A stretch of 64,000 nucleotides of DNA from NCBI GenBank assembly GCA_003635265.1, contig PYIZ01000041.1, positions 2,465-66,464 on the forward strand, written 5' to 3'. Below the pieces are notes generated by a model. That model was not told the origin of the DNA, made no database searches, and worked only from the letters and a program-made list of their open reading frames with translations. The translations under genes were made by a program, and so were the position numbers. This document shows, piece by piece, positions 37,646 through 47,001 of this stretch (position 1 is the stretch's first letter; each line of letters begins with the position of its first letter). Source of the stretch: Candidatus Poribacteria bacterium (GTDB lineage: Bacteria; Poribacteria; WGA-4E; PCPOR2b).

Positions 37646-39544
37646 ATGCGACTTGAACGTATCATCCTCAAATCTTTCGGCTGTTTTGACCGCAGAGATT
37701 TCGATCTGAGCGACGGGGTGAATCTCATCTTCGGTCCCAATTTCAGTGGCAAGAGCACACTTGTTAACGCCATTTTTTTCGCCCTGACAGGCAAACCGAT
37801 TGTGCCTAGGGTGGGTTTGCCTGCAATGGCACAATCAGGCGCGTCCAGCGGCACTGCCGGGATCAATTTCCGCAATGGGGAGCAGAGTTATCAACTGTTC
37901 CGATCGACGCAGGGGGAAGTCCAACTCCGCCAGAAAGAAGAAAATGCGGAAAAATGGCGTATCCTCTTCACAGGCAAACGTTCAGCGGACGAGGATCTGA
38001 GAAAGCAATTCCACTTCAGCTACCACCACCTTGCGGCGGCGACATTCCTACGAGAAGGCGAAATTTTTGAGTTCCTTGCACGCCAGCCTGCGGATCGGCG
38101 CGATGTGCTTAACGCGTTGCTCGGAATCGATCGGTTGATGGAGGTGCGTCAACGTTTCATCGAAGGACGGCGGGTTGCCAAGCGAGAAGAGAAGCGGATA
38201 CAGGATCATCAGCGCAGCATGCGGGTGACGACGGTCAAGAACCATCGTGAAGAGATTGAACGGGTTGAGGCAGAGCTGAAGAACTTGGAAGGTGAATATG
38301 AGTTGCTGTCGGGAAAAGCAGGTGAAGGGGGCGATACAGTCCTTGCTGCTGAATTGACACAGGCGCACGAACGGTTTCAAAAGGAGATTGACGGGCTGAT
38401 TCAAGAACGGGCATCGGTTCTCAGCGGCTTCACCGATGTTGATCACCTACGAACCTCCATAAAAGAAATTGAGACAGCGACCGCCAGCGCAAGTGGGTTA
38501 GAAAAACAGCGAGACGAACTCATCCAAGGGATTGGCAGCCTGAACAGCCAGATCCAAACGCTTTCGGTGGAATGCGAAACCTTGCGCCAGTTAATCGACA
38601 GCGATCACGGGCACTGCCCAACCTGCCATCAACCGGTACAACAAAAGATCATTGCGGGGATCCTTGCGGAGAAAGAATCGGCGCGAGCTGCAAGCCAAGA
38701 GGAACTTGAAGCGCAGCAAAAAACTCTTGACGAACATACCGCGAACATCAATGCCCTACGCGGACTAAGGCAGCGGCATCAACTGATGCAAGGCAAGATT
38801 GAACAGCTTGAACGGATCGAAAAACAGCTTGCGAATCTTCAGCGTGAATTTGATAGGGTTGCCAGTCGATTGGGCGCATTGCAGCCGACAACACCTCTGC
38901 AAACGGGTGCTATATCCGACGCTGCCGATCCCGCACAGCTTGCCGAACAACGCCGCCAACTTAAATACCGCATTGACAGCTTACGTCGCCGACTTGACGG
39001 ACTCAATAGAGAAGAAGCGGTTATCGCCCATAAGCTCGAAGAGCTGCAGCGGACGCAGCACCAAGCGAATCAGATTCTACGGACACGACTCAGCTTTGAA
39101 CTTGCCTGCGATGGTGTTGAAAAAACGATTGCCTCCCTCCAACAAACAATCCTCCAACCCGCCGAAAAGGAAATCCGGCGTTGGCTAGAGCGGATGGATC
39201 TCACTCGGTTCTCTCAGATCGATCTCAAAAGCCAGCACCTACTCCCCTCCCTCAATGTCGAAGGCTCCGAGCGCAACTTATTGCTCCTCAGTGGTAGCGA
39301 GAAGATGATGCTCTACCTCTGCTTCAAAGCTGCGCTCTCGGAAGCGTTAGGGGCACTCGGTTTTTTTGTCTTCGATGATCCAACCCTCCACCTCGATCCG
39401 GATCGGAGAGGCGCGATGATTGACTTCATTCAACGGCTTGCCGAAGAACATCAGGTCATTGTGACGAGCAATGACCCGGAGGTTCGAGCTGGATTGCCGG
39501 ATGCACATCTGATTGAGACAGTGTCGGGGAATGCTAGTTCGTAG
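37646..39544 (+). CDS. SbcC/Rad50-like SMC ATPase with zinc hook
   Basis: GPNFSGKST, long coiled coil with central CPTC, LSGSE, FVFDDPT.HLD. Confidence 0.85.
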   Translation: MRLERIILKSFGCFDRRDFDLSDGVNLIFGPNFSGKSTLVNAIFFALTGKPIVPRVGLPAMAQSGASSGTAGINFRNGEQSYQLFRSTQGEVQLRQKEENAEKWRILFTGKRSADEDLRKQFHFSYHHLAAATFLREGEIFEFLARQPADRRDVLNALLGIDRLMEVRQRFIEGRRVAKREEKRIQDHQRSMRVTTVKNHREEIERVEAELKNLEGEYELLSGKAGEGGDTVLAAELTQAHERFQKEIDGLIQERASVLSGFTDVDHLRTSIKEIETATASASGLEKQRDELIQGIGSLNSQIQTLSVECETLRQLIDSDHGHCPTCHQPVQQKIIAGILAEKESARAASQEELEAQQKTLDEHTANINALRGLRQRHQLMQGKIEQLERIEKQLANLQREFDRVASRLGALQPTTPLQTGAISDAADPAQLAEQRRQLKYRIDSLRRRLDGLNREEAVIAHKLEELQRTQHQANQILRTRLSFELACDGVEKTIASLQQTILQPAEKEIRRWLERMDLTRFSQIDLKSQHLLPSLNVEGSERNLLLLSGSEKMMLYLCFKAALSEALGALGFFVFDDPTLHLDPDRRGAMIDFIQRLAEEHQVIVTSNDPEVRAGLPDAHLIETVSGNASS

Positions 39545-39581
39545 GATAGGAGTTGCAAAACAGAAGTTCAGAATCCCTACA

Positions 39582-40460
39582 TCACATTGGGTTTTCCAAC
39601 CCTGACTGCCCTGCAAGGTCATCAACAAATTGACGCGCGACCCGTCCTGATCGACCACTCGACGACGCTTCCCACTCCAACGCTTTCCGATGGAGCTCCT
39701 GCGTCGAGAGAGACAACCCACGCTTTTGGGCGTAGTGGGAGACAATCTGTAGGTAGGTGTGTTGAGAGAACCGATAGAAGGCGAGTCGCAGTCCAAACCG
39801 GTCGCTGAGTGAAACCTTCTCTTCGGTGGTTTCCCGCGGATACAACTCGTCCTCGTCGGTGTGGGGATATTGGTTTTCGCTGACTTGACGCGGCATTAGG
39901 TGACGACGGTTGGATGTCGCGTAGATCAGGACGTTTTCAGGACGCGCTGCAATCCCGCCTTCTAACATCGCTTTCAGTTCTCTGTATTCTGCTTCCCCTT
40001 CGCTGAAGGAGAGATCATCGCAAAAGAGGAGATACCGTTCCGGGCGTTCCCACAGGAGATCGGCGATCTCCTGCAGGTGGAGAAGCCCTTCCTTGGTCAC
40101 CTCGACCAACCGCAACCCTTCCGGAGCATACCGATGGAGTATGCCCTTGATGAGCGACGATTTGCCTGTTCCCCGGTCGCCCCACAGCAGCGCATGGTTC
40201 GCCGGTAAGTCTTGCAAGAACTGGCGTGTATTCCGATCCAACTCCTCAATCTGCCGATCCACCCCAATCAGATCCGCAAGGTCGATGAGATCGGGGTGTT
40301 TGACGGGGATTAAACGTTGACTCCGCCACCGAAAGGCGATGTGTCCGTCGAGTGGTTCGGAAGGATTTTCGATAGCAGCGGTACTGGCTGTCAGCAGCCT
40401 CTCTACTCTGTCGAGCAGTTGCTCTACGCGAGGGATAATTGCTTTCCAATCTTGTGCCAT
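39582..40460 (-). CDS. DUF815 family AAA+ ATPase
   Basis: LLWGDRGTGKSS, FCDDLSF, YATSNRRHL, EEKVSLSDRFGL, RSGRVARQF. Confidence 0.93.
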   Translation of the reverse strand: MAQDWKAIIPRVEQLLDRVERLLTASTAAIENPSEPLDGHIAFRWRSQRLIPVKHPDLIDLADLIGVDRQIEELDRNTRQFLQDLPANHALLWGDRGTGKSSLIKGILHRYAPEGLRLVEVTKEGLLHLQEIADLLWERPERYLLFCDDLSFSEGEAEYRELKAMLEGGIAARPENVLIYATSNRRHLMPRQVSENQYPHTDEDELYPRETTEEKVSLSDRFGLRLAFYRFSQHTYLQIVSHYAQKRGLSLSTQELHRKALEWEASSSGRSGRVARQFVDDLAGQSGLENPM

Positions 40461-40496
40461 AGGTTTTTTATATTTTTAGCCCCGGCTTGAATGGAG

Positions 40497-41393
40497 CTAG
40501 TCAGCATTTTTCGCGGTCTCCGCCAAGATCGAAATCATTTCCGCGAGGTCTGGGAACGCGTCCGAATCTTCAGGCGGGAGATCCGCAAGGTGTGTTTTCC
40601 CGACCAATCGGTACATATCCGCGACACCCGCTAGAATTTTTGGCGTCAAGCCGACATGACCGAACGTCGCCGAGATCTCCTCCATCTCACCGATCCAACG
40701 TCTAGCCTTCGGCGGCATCCCCGGCAATCCGCCTTCCATCCGCTGATACAACGCTGACTGACTCATCTGAAATTCCGCTTTAAGGGCATCGGACACTCCC
40801 AGTAGTTCTGCGGCGGTCAATAGCTCCGTGCATAGTGCGGTCAGTCCTTTGGTCAACGAGGCGTAGCACATCTTGATCGCCGAAGCCAACCCAATCTGAT
40901 CGCCAAGCGGACGGACATCAAGCCCGAATTGCGTCAACGCTTCAAAGTCACCGACATGGATACCTGAAGCGTAGAAGCGGGTTGCCCCCGGCTTTCTAGG
41001 CGGAGGACCGATAATCGACGCATCGACAAAACGACCGCCGGTTTTGGTGATGATTTCATCGAGTTGGCGTGTGGTTTGTGGGGCGATTGCGTTACAATCG
41101 ACGTAGGTGAGATCTGTATCTGTTTCGGCGAGCACATCCGCAACCGCTTGAGAGGCTCCCTTGGCTTCCGCCGGCACCATGATCGACAGGATTATCTCTG
41201 ATTCGTCCACAAGGGCTTCATACGTCGGCACATCTTCAATCTTCCCTTTTTCTGCGAGGGCTCGGGTCCGTTCACTTCTCCCCTGAAGGCAGGTAATCAC
41301 GCGCAAGCCGTGTGTAACAAGGACGTTACCGACAACATGTCCCATATCGCCGGGACTCAGAAGTCCAACAGTTTGTAATGACATAATATTCAT
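40497..41393 (-). CDS. NAD(P)-dependent 6PGD/HIBADH-like oxidoreductase with DUF1932 domain
   Basis: LSPGDMG, DCNAIAP, DASIIGPPP, ASAIKMCYA..TKG, KARRWIGEMEEI. Confidence 0.85.
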   Translation of the reverse strand: MNIMSLQTVGLLSPGDMGHVVGNVLVTHGLRVITCLQGRSERTRALAEKGKIEDVPTYEALVDESEIILSIMVPAEAKGASQAVADVLAETDTDLTYVDCNAIAPQTTRQLDEIITKTGGRFVDASIIGPPPRKPGATRFYASGIHVGDFEALTQFGLDVRPLGDQIGLASAIKMCYASLTKGLTALCTELLTAAELLGVSDALKAEFQMSQSALYQRMEGGLPGMPPKARRWIGEMEEISATFGHVGLTPKILAGVADMYRLVGKTHLADLPPEDSDAFPDLAEMISILAETAKNAD

Positions 41394-41451
41394 CTCTCTT
41401 TCAATCTGCGTTTATTTTGATTGGTGTTTTCTGTGTAGTTATTACGGCAAT

Positions 41452-42018
41452 TCATTCTAAAGGAGTGGAATTTCTGTCCTCCCATTCCGAGCGGAGGAGG
41501 CCGTACAAATACATATCATAACGTCTCCCATCCCGCTGCAAGTGTTCCCGATGTACACCTTCGCGCTGGAAGCCCAACTTTTCATACAGCGCGATGGCAC
41601 GTTCATTGTAGCTAAATACCGTGAGTTGTACGCGATGCAAATTGAGCTCATCAAAAGCAAATTGGAGGGCAAGTTGCATGACTTCGTACCCGTAGCCTTG
41701 CCCCCAATGTTTTGTCTCTCCGATAGCGATGCTTACGCTGCTCACCCGATGCGCCCACAGGATTCCGTCGAGTTCAACATAACCAATCAGTTCATCTTTG
41801 TCGAGGGAGCGGATCGCAAAAAGAAAAGTATCAGTCGAACTATGCGTATCGTCTAGCCATTGAGTCAACGTCGCCTCAGTTTTAGGATAAGCGGGGAGTG
41901 CGTCAAATAGTCGTAAAAAATCGGGGTTCTGATGCCATTGGCTGATGGTTGGGAGGTCGCTTTGCGTTAACGTTGTGAGCCGGACTCGACTACCGCGCAA
42001 AAGCGTCGAAGAGATCAT
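41452..42018 (-). CDS. GNAT N-acetyltransferase (RimJ/RimL-like)
   Basis: WGQGYG, AFDELNLHRV.L.V...NERAI.LYEKLGF..EG. Confidence 0.92.
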   Translation of the reverse strand: MISSTLLRGSRVRLTTLTQSDLPTISQWHQNPDFLRLFDALPAYPKTEATLTQWLDDTHSSTDTFLFAIRSLDKDELIGYVELDGILWAHRVSSVSIAIGETKHWGQGYGYEVMQLALQFAFDELNLHRVQLTVFSYNERAIALYEKLGFQREGVHREHLQRDGRRYDMYLYGLLRSEWEDRNSTPLE

Positions 42019-42093
42019 GCCTAGTATTCCTAACGGATTGATTGCGGCACGTTGTCAATTGCGTCTTTTAGACTGTTCGTTGGCAGGTGAACG

Positions 42094-42669
42094 TTAAGCT
42101 AATTCCGTCTCATCATCTGTGTTCTCATCCGCCCCTTTAGTCCTTTCATCGTCTGTTTCATCAGATGTGTCATCGGGATCGCTTGACTGTTCTGCTTCCT
42201 GCGGTTCTAGCAGTGTCATAGGTATAAACAGCGGCTGATCGGAAGTGCTTGGTTGTTCCGTTTCCTCGTCCTGTTGTTCTGTTTCATCATCAACTGTTTC
42301 AGGCGTATAGTCGAGGGGGTTAGGCTGCGCTTCTTCCTGCCCTTCTGACCTACTTTCAACATTGTTGAGCATTGTCATGAGCCCTTCAAGGCGTTCGCGG
42401 ACTTCCGCTTTCTCTTTATCTACCTCGAGACGTTCCTGTTCACGCTCATTCCGGAGCACTGTGATTTCCGCTTCAAGGTGGTTTAGTTCAGCGTTCCGTT
42501 GTTCAAGATTTTGAATCTGTACATCCCGCTGGTCCAACTCATTACGGAGTTGATTATTTTCAGCTTCAAAGGTTAATTTCTCTTCCCTGAGACGGTTGAT
42601 AGTCTCAATGGCACGTTCAACGCGTTCTTCCAACAATGTAAGCACATTTTCGCGCAAATCTTCAAGCAT
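42094..42669 (-). CDS. ZapB-like coiled-coil protein with acidic disordered tail
   Basis: LEERVERAIETINRLREE ... VRERLEGLM resemble the ZapB ends; AGGAGG RBS. Confidence 0.55.
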   Translation of the reverse strand: MLEDLRENVLTLLEERVERAIETINRLREEKLTFEAENNQLRNELDQRDVQIQNLEQRNAELNHLEAEITVLRNEREQERLEVDKEKAEVRERLEGLMTMLNNVESRSEGQEEAQPNPLDYTPETVDDETEQQDEETEQPSTSDQPLFIPMTLLEPQEAEQSSDPDDTSDETDDERTKGADENTDDETELA

Positions 42670-42751
42670 GTAAACCTCCTGTTTCTTGTTCGATTAACGG
42701 TTTTGGGAAGGACTGTCTATAGCATCCTACCAAGTGAATCAAAATTTCTTG

Positions 42752-43618
42752 CTATCCTTCGCTCTCTAGCAGATTTTCAAGTCCAACCGTCCGGGCATAG
42801 TGGAAAAGGTACTGCTGGGCGTAACCGAGATGCTCACCAAAATAGTCTTCAGCAAACCGACGGATCTCACGAATCGAGGCCTCGCGTTTAAGGTAGAGCT
42901 GCTCTATAATCCGTTTCACCCACACATCAATGGGGAGTGCTTGAACATGCCCTAAAGAAAATAGGCAGATGCAGTCGGCAACCTTCTCACCGATTCCTTT
43001 GAATCCCATCAATTCTTGTTTCGCTTCGGCGTAGGGTCTACTTTTCAGACCTTCAGGATCGAATTTGCCCGCTGCGATTGTCGATGAGACTGTCCACAGA
43101 TAAGGGGCGCGATATCCCAGTCCACAATCGTACAACGTCTCAACGCCGGCGTCGGCGAGGGATTGTGGAGTGGGGAAAGAGTAATCGACCAAGTCATCAA
43201 GCGCAATTTTTTCGCCGAATCGTGTGGAGATTGTGCGGATAATTCCCTTAATCCGGGGCACGTTGTTATTCTGAGACAAGATGAACGATGCGAGACATTC
43301 CCACACCTCTTGATTCAAAATTCGCATCCCCCGGAACGTTTCAATCGAGCGGTGGATGAATGGATCAATGTCTACAGCGTCTAAGATTGCTGCCAAATCG
43401 CGGTTCAGGTCCAAGTAGTGGCGGAGGAAGGCTTCTAGTTGATCTTCTGCTTCATCAGCCGAACTTTCCACAATCAGTGTCTGATTTTCCTGACGCATCT
43501 TCAGCTGCCTGCCTTCGACAACGCCGTAATACCAGTCGTTAATCGGCTGCCAGCGGAATGATTGTCCACACTCCAACGTATGTTTCAGATCAAAATCGGT
43601 GACAGGTTCAATACGGAT
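42752..43618 (-). CDS. 8-oxoguanine DNA glycosylase/AP lyase (Ogg1 type); probable non-canonical ATC start
   Basis: FDL..TLECGQSFRW, SQNNNVPRI, GLGYRA, HhH GIGEKVADC, PIDVWV, GYAQQYLF; GAGGAGG 7 nt before in-frame ATC. Confidence 0.88.
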   Translation of the reverse strand: MRIEPVTDFDLKHTLECGQSFRWQPINDWYYGVVEGRQLKMRQENQTLIVESSADEAEDQLEAFLRHYLDLNRDLAAILDAVDIDPFIHRSIETFRGMRILNQEVWECLASFILSQNNNVPRIKGIIRTISTRFGEKIALDDLVDYSFPTPQSLADAGVETLYDCGLGYRAPYLWTVSSTIAAGKFDPEGLKSRPYAEAKQELMGFKGIGEKVADCICLFSLGHVQALPIDVWVKRIIEQLYLKREASIREIRRFAEDYFGEHLGYAQQYLFHYARTVGLENLLESEG

Positions 43619-43730
43619 AGAGCAGCCTCCTCACGCAAAAATGATGGAATGCTTATTCGCAGAATCGTGCGTATTATACAACGAAATTTCAATCAATACA
43701 AGGACAGAAATCATGCACAGGGAGATGGTG

Positions 43731-44564
43731 TCAATAAGAGGATACATCGGTATCCGGATGGTCTTTAAAAAATCGTGCCTGATTCACGCCGAAATCTTCT
43801 TGAAGTTGGATGGTGAGCCCACCGTCCACTGGTAGTGCGTGTCCTGTAATGAAAGATGCTTCGTCCGAACAGAGGAAGTTGATAGCGTTGGCGATGTCAA
43901 TCGGGCGTCCGACACGACGAACCGGATATTGCGCCTCAAAGAAACGTAGAAGCGAGGGATTCTGTTTCCAATGTTCTTCAATACGTTCGGTTACGATATG
44001 ACCGGGGCAGATTGCGTTGACCCGAATGCCCATCGGTCCAAAGTCAATCGCCATCTGGCGGGTGACGCCGATGACAGAAGACTTGCCTGCTTCATATACC
44101 AGTTTCTTCGGAGCCATCAGGAGACCGTGGACGGACGAGATATTGATGATACTACCTTTGCCCGATTTTGCGATCTCTGGTACGGCGTACTTTGCACCTA
44201 GAAACATGGACTTGACCAAGACGTTCATTGCGTAGTCCCAAGCCTCTTCCGACAGGTCTACCGCGCTGCCGTCCGGCTCTTTGGTGCTGAAAGCGTTGTT
44301 GACGAGGATGTCGAGGCGACCCCATAGTTCAACTGCTTTACTGACCATCGCCTCAATGTCGTCACGACGAGAGACATCAGTCTCAAGGACTTCCGCTATG
44401 CCGCCTGCATTCCGTATCCGCTCGGCGTTAGATTGAGCTGTCTCAACGTCCATATCGGCGATGAGGATTCTCGCTCCTGATTCAGCGAGCCGTCTCGAAG
44501 TTGCACCGCCGATGCCTTGAGCACCGCCTGTGACAATTGCGACCTGATCTGTTAGATTTCCCAT
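43731..44564 (-). CDS. Short-chain dehydrogenase/reductase
   Basis: TGGAQGIG, LVNNA, YEAGK, VDGG. Confidence 0.92.
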   Translation of the reverse strand: MGNLTDQVAIVTGGAQGIGGATSRRLAESGARILIADMDVETAQSNAERIRNAGGIAEVLETDVSRRDDIEAMVSKAVELWGRLDILVNNAFSTKEPDGSAVDLSEEAWDYAMNVLVKSMFLGAKYAVPEIAKSGKGSIINISSVHGLLMAPKKLVYEAGKSSVIGVTRQMAIDFGPMGIRVNAICPGHIVTERIEEHWKQNPSLLRFFEAQYPVRRVGRPIDIANAINFLCSDEASFITGHALPVDGGLTIQLQEDFGVNQARFFKDHPDTDVSSY

Positions 44565-44600
44565 AAATTCATCTCCTCTGTCAAAAGTTTTACGCTCATG

Positions 44601-44710
44601 TTATAGTGGACCTTAGAATTAATGAGACACTCAAAATCGGCGTAGTTGGAAACAGCGCCTACCAAACATGGGGGGCGAAAGTGTCTATTTATTTTTTGAA
44701 TTCACTATAA
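44601..44710. mobile_element. MITE-like element with ~30-bp imperfect TIRs carrying a REP-like palindrome
   Basis: ttatagtggaccttagaattaatgagacac ... gtgtctatttattttttgaattcactataa; cargo cggcgtagttggaaacagcgcctac. Confidence 0.65.
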
Positions 44711-44711
44711 T

Positions 44712-44824
44712 AGGACTTACGCAGTCGGGATTTGGAAATCCCTCCTACAATGAGTGTGAGAGGGGCATCCCTGCCCCGATACACTTGATGAATCGGACAC
44801 TATAATTTGAAGTGCGTAAGTCTT
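44712..44824. mobile_element. Second abutting MITE-like element with 12-bp TIRs
   Basis: aggacttacgca ... tgcgtaagtctt (11/12); cargo gtcgggatttggaaatccctcctac and ggggcatccctgcccc. Confidence 0.65.
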
Positions 44825-44861
44825 GTTTAAGAAATTGTGCAACAGAAACCGTAAGAAGTTC

Positions 44862-45026
44862 GGAAGATTGGAAGATGGGAAGATTGGAGAGTCCCCATCC
44901 TTCCCTTTGCGGGTACAGCTTGGATATGTCTATCCAAGCCGAGCGGGTCCGACAACTAGCAACTTAGGTTACTGTAGGTCGAGATTCATATTTGATTTCA
45001 CGCATCACGCATTACGTTTCACGCAC
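44862..45026. repeat. Repeat cluster: GGAAGATK octamers, 30-bp dispersed palindrome, GTAG REP and heptamers
   Basis: 44862-44885 octamer x3; 44918-44947 is the inverse of 62703-62732; gtaggtcgagattcatat at 44974; heptamer x4 at 44996. Confidence 0.7.
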
Positions 45027-45027
45027 A

Positions 45028-47001
45028 TCACGGTAAAGTCAATGCGATGAGTTCGGCAGGTTGGTTCGCTCCACCTATCGGGATCACAATAAACTGCTTA
45101 CCATCAGCCTTGTAACTTATCGGTGCGCCCTGTGCATTACTTGGGAGTTCTGTTCTCGATACCAGCTGTCCAGTATCGGGGTCAAACGCCCATAAAAACG
45201 GGTTTTGGGTCTCAAAGCTTACTTCAATTGCGTTGCCGCGGGGTGAGTTACCGGTCCCGTCCCACGATGCCTGACTCGCTGCGAAAAGCAATGACTGAGT
45301 CAGTAGTGGGAAATTGCGTTGTGCCCAGCCCAAAGGTGGAAGGTCAAGATGTCGTAGGGTAGGATGATCTCTCGGTCCATCTCCGACCGGTTGCATCCAC
45401 TTGTGTTCACCCGTATTCAGATCGATGGCAGTAATGCGTCCATAAGGCGGTTTCATTAAAGGGAGGCCTCGTGGACCCTTCGGTCCAAATGCGAGCGCAC
45501 CGGTGTAAGTGTAGTCTGCCTTCGGATCTTTCGCTTTTTTTATCGTGGTGTTGGTGGGGAAGGTGATAGATGGGATATAGATAATCCCTTTGTTTGGGTC
45601 AACGGCTGCGCCCGCCCAACTAGCACCGCCAATGATACCGGGCATGGCGATTGTTCCCTTTTCAGTCGGGGGTGTATAGAGTGTGCCGTAGTCGTAATCT
45701 TCGACAATGCTGAGTGCTTGTTTACGCAACGTCGGCGTGAAATCAATTAAATCATCATGGGTCAAACCTTGGCGATCGAAAGGCGCGGGTTTAGTTGGAA
45801 AGGGTTGTGTAGGCGATGAGGATTCTCCCGGCACGGTTGACTGGGGTACGGAGCGTTCTTCAATGGGCCAAACCGGTTCTCCAGTCACACGATCGAATAC
45901 AAAACAGAACGCCTGTTTGGTCACTTGGGCAACCGCCTTGATTTCCTTTCCATTGACGATAATATCAATTAAGTTTGGCGCGGCTGGGGGATCATAATCC
46001 CAGAGTCCGTGGTGCAGAATTTGAAAGTGCCAAACCCGTTCCCCCGTTTCCGCGTTAACGCAGACGAGACTGTCTGCGAAAAGGTTGTCTCCGAGGCGAT
46101 GGCCACCGTAATAATCGTTGGTGGGGGTGCTAACTGGTAGGTAGACGTAACCGAGCTCCTCATCTGCGCTCATCATCGTCCACACATTCGTATTGCCTGT
46201 TGTCTTCCAAGAATCGTTCTTCCACGTCTCATTTCCGAACTCTCCTTCTTGCGGAATGGTATGGAAAATCCAACGTTGCTCGCCGGTGCGAACATCAAAT
46301 CCTCTGACATCTCCCGGCGGCATCAGCTTTTGCGGCGGCTTATTAATCGCAAAGGAATCGAGAACTGTGGAGCCAACAACAATGACATCTCGACAAACAA
46401 TCGGTGGTGAGAAAACGGCATACAGTCGCCGGTTCACCGGGCGCCGCAGACCTTTTGTTAAGTCGACACGACCACCTTCGCCAAACCCCTTGATTGGTTT
46501 CCCCGTTTCGGCGTTAAGCACGATGAGATACCCATCGCCTGTACCAAGGAGGACGCGCTTATCATCGCCTGACTCCCAATAGGAGACGCCACGATGCACG
46601 AAACCTGTGTTGGCGGGGGTGCCGTCCTCATAGGTTTTTGGGTCATAAACCCAGATAGTTTCTCCTGTGACGGCGTTGATGGCGGCAGCTAGATTAAGCG
46701 ACGTGCTGGTATATACCACGCCACCAATCATGAGTGGTGTGGATTCATTCACCATTGTCCACAGATCGGGATTGGATGCGACGAGCGCATTATCGGGGGA
46801 GTTCCAACGCCATGCAATCCGAAGGTCTTTAACATTGTCTTTGTTAATCTGATCGAGTGGAATGTATTTGGTACTGGCTTTGTCCGAGCCGTAAGCCCAC
46901 CATTCTCCAACCTCACCGGCATCGGCTTGGGGAACAGTCAGGCCGATTGCACAAAAGATCGAGACGGTATAAAGGAATAGCAGATAGTATGTTCGGGTCA
47001 C
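45028..47001 (-). CDS. Exported PQQ-dependent quinoprotein dehydrogenase (glucose/quinate DH-like, no N-terminal membrane domain)
   Basis: Signal peptide, LDQINKDNV..L..AW, RGVSYW, HHGLWDYD, PTQPFP, KPPYGRITAIDL, GKQFIV. Confidence 0.9.
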   Translation of the reverse strand: MTRTYYLLFLYTVSIFCAIGLTVPQADAGEVGEWWAYGSDKASTKYIPLDQINKDNVKDLRIAWRWNSPDNALVASNPDLWTMVNESTPLMIGGVVYTSTSLNLAAAINAVTGETIWVYDPKTYEDGTPANTGFVHRGVSYWESGDDKRVLLGTGDGYLIVLNAETGKPIKGFGEGGRVDLTKGLRRPVNRRLYAVFSPPIVCRDVIVVGSTVLDSFAINKPPQKLMPPGDVRGFDVRTGEQRWIFHTIPQEGEFGNETWKNDSWKTTGNTNVWTMMSADEELGYVYLPVSTPTNDYYGGHRLGDNLFADSLVCVNAETGERVWHFQILHHGLWDYDPPAAPNLIDIIVNGKEIKAVAQVTKQAFCFVFDRVTGEPVWPIEERSVPQSTVPGESSSPTQPFPTKPAPFDRQGLTHDDLIDFTPTLRKQALSIVEDYDYGTLYTPPTEKGTIAMPGIIGGASWAGAAVDPNKGIIYIPSITFPTNTTIKKAKDPKADYTYTGALAFGPKGPRGLPLMKPPYGRITAIDLNTGEHKWMQPVGDGPRDHPTLRHLDLPPLGWAQRNFPLLTQSLLFAASQASWDGTGNSPRGNAIEVSFETQNPFLWAFDPDTGQLVSRTELPSNAQGAPISYKADGKQFIVIPIGGANQPAELIALTLP

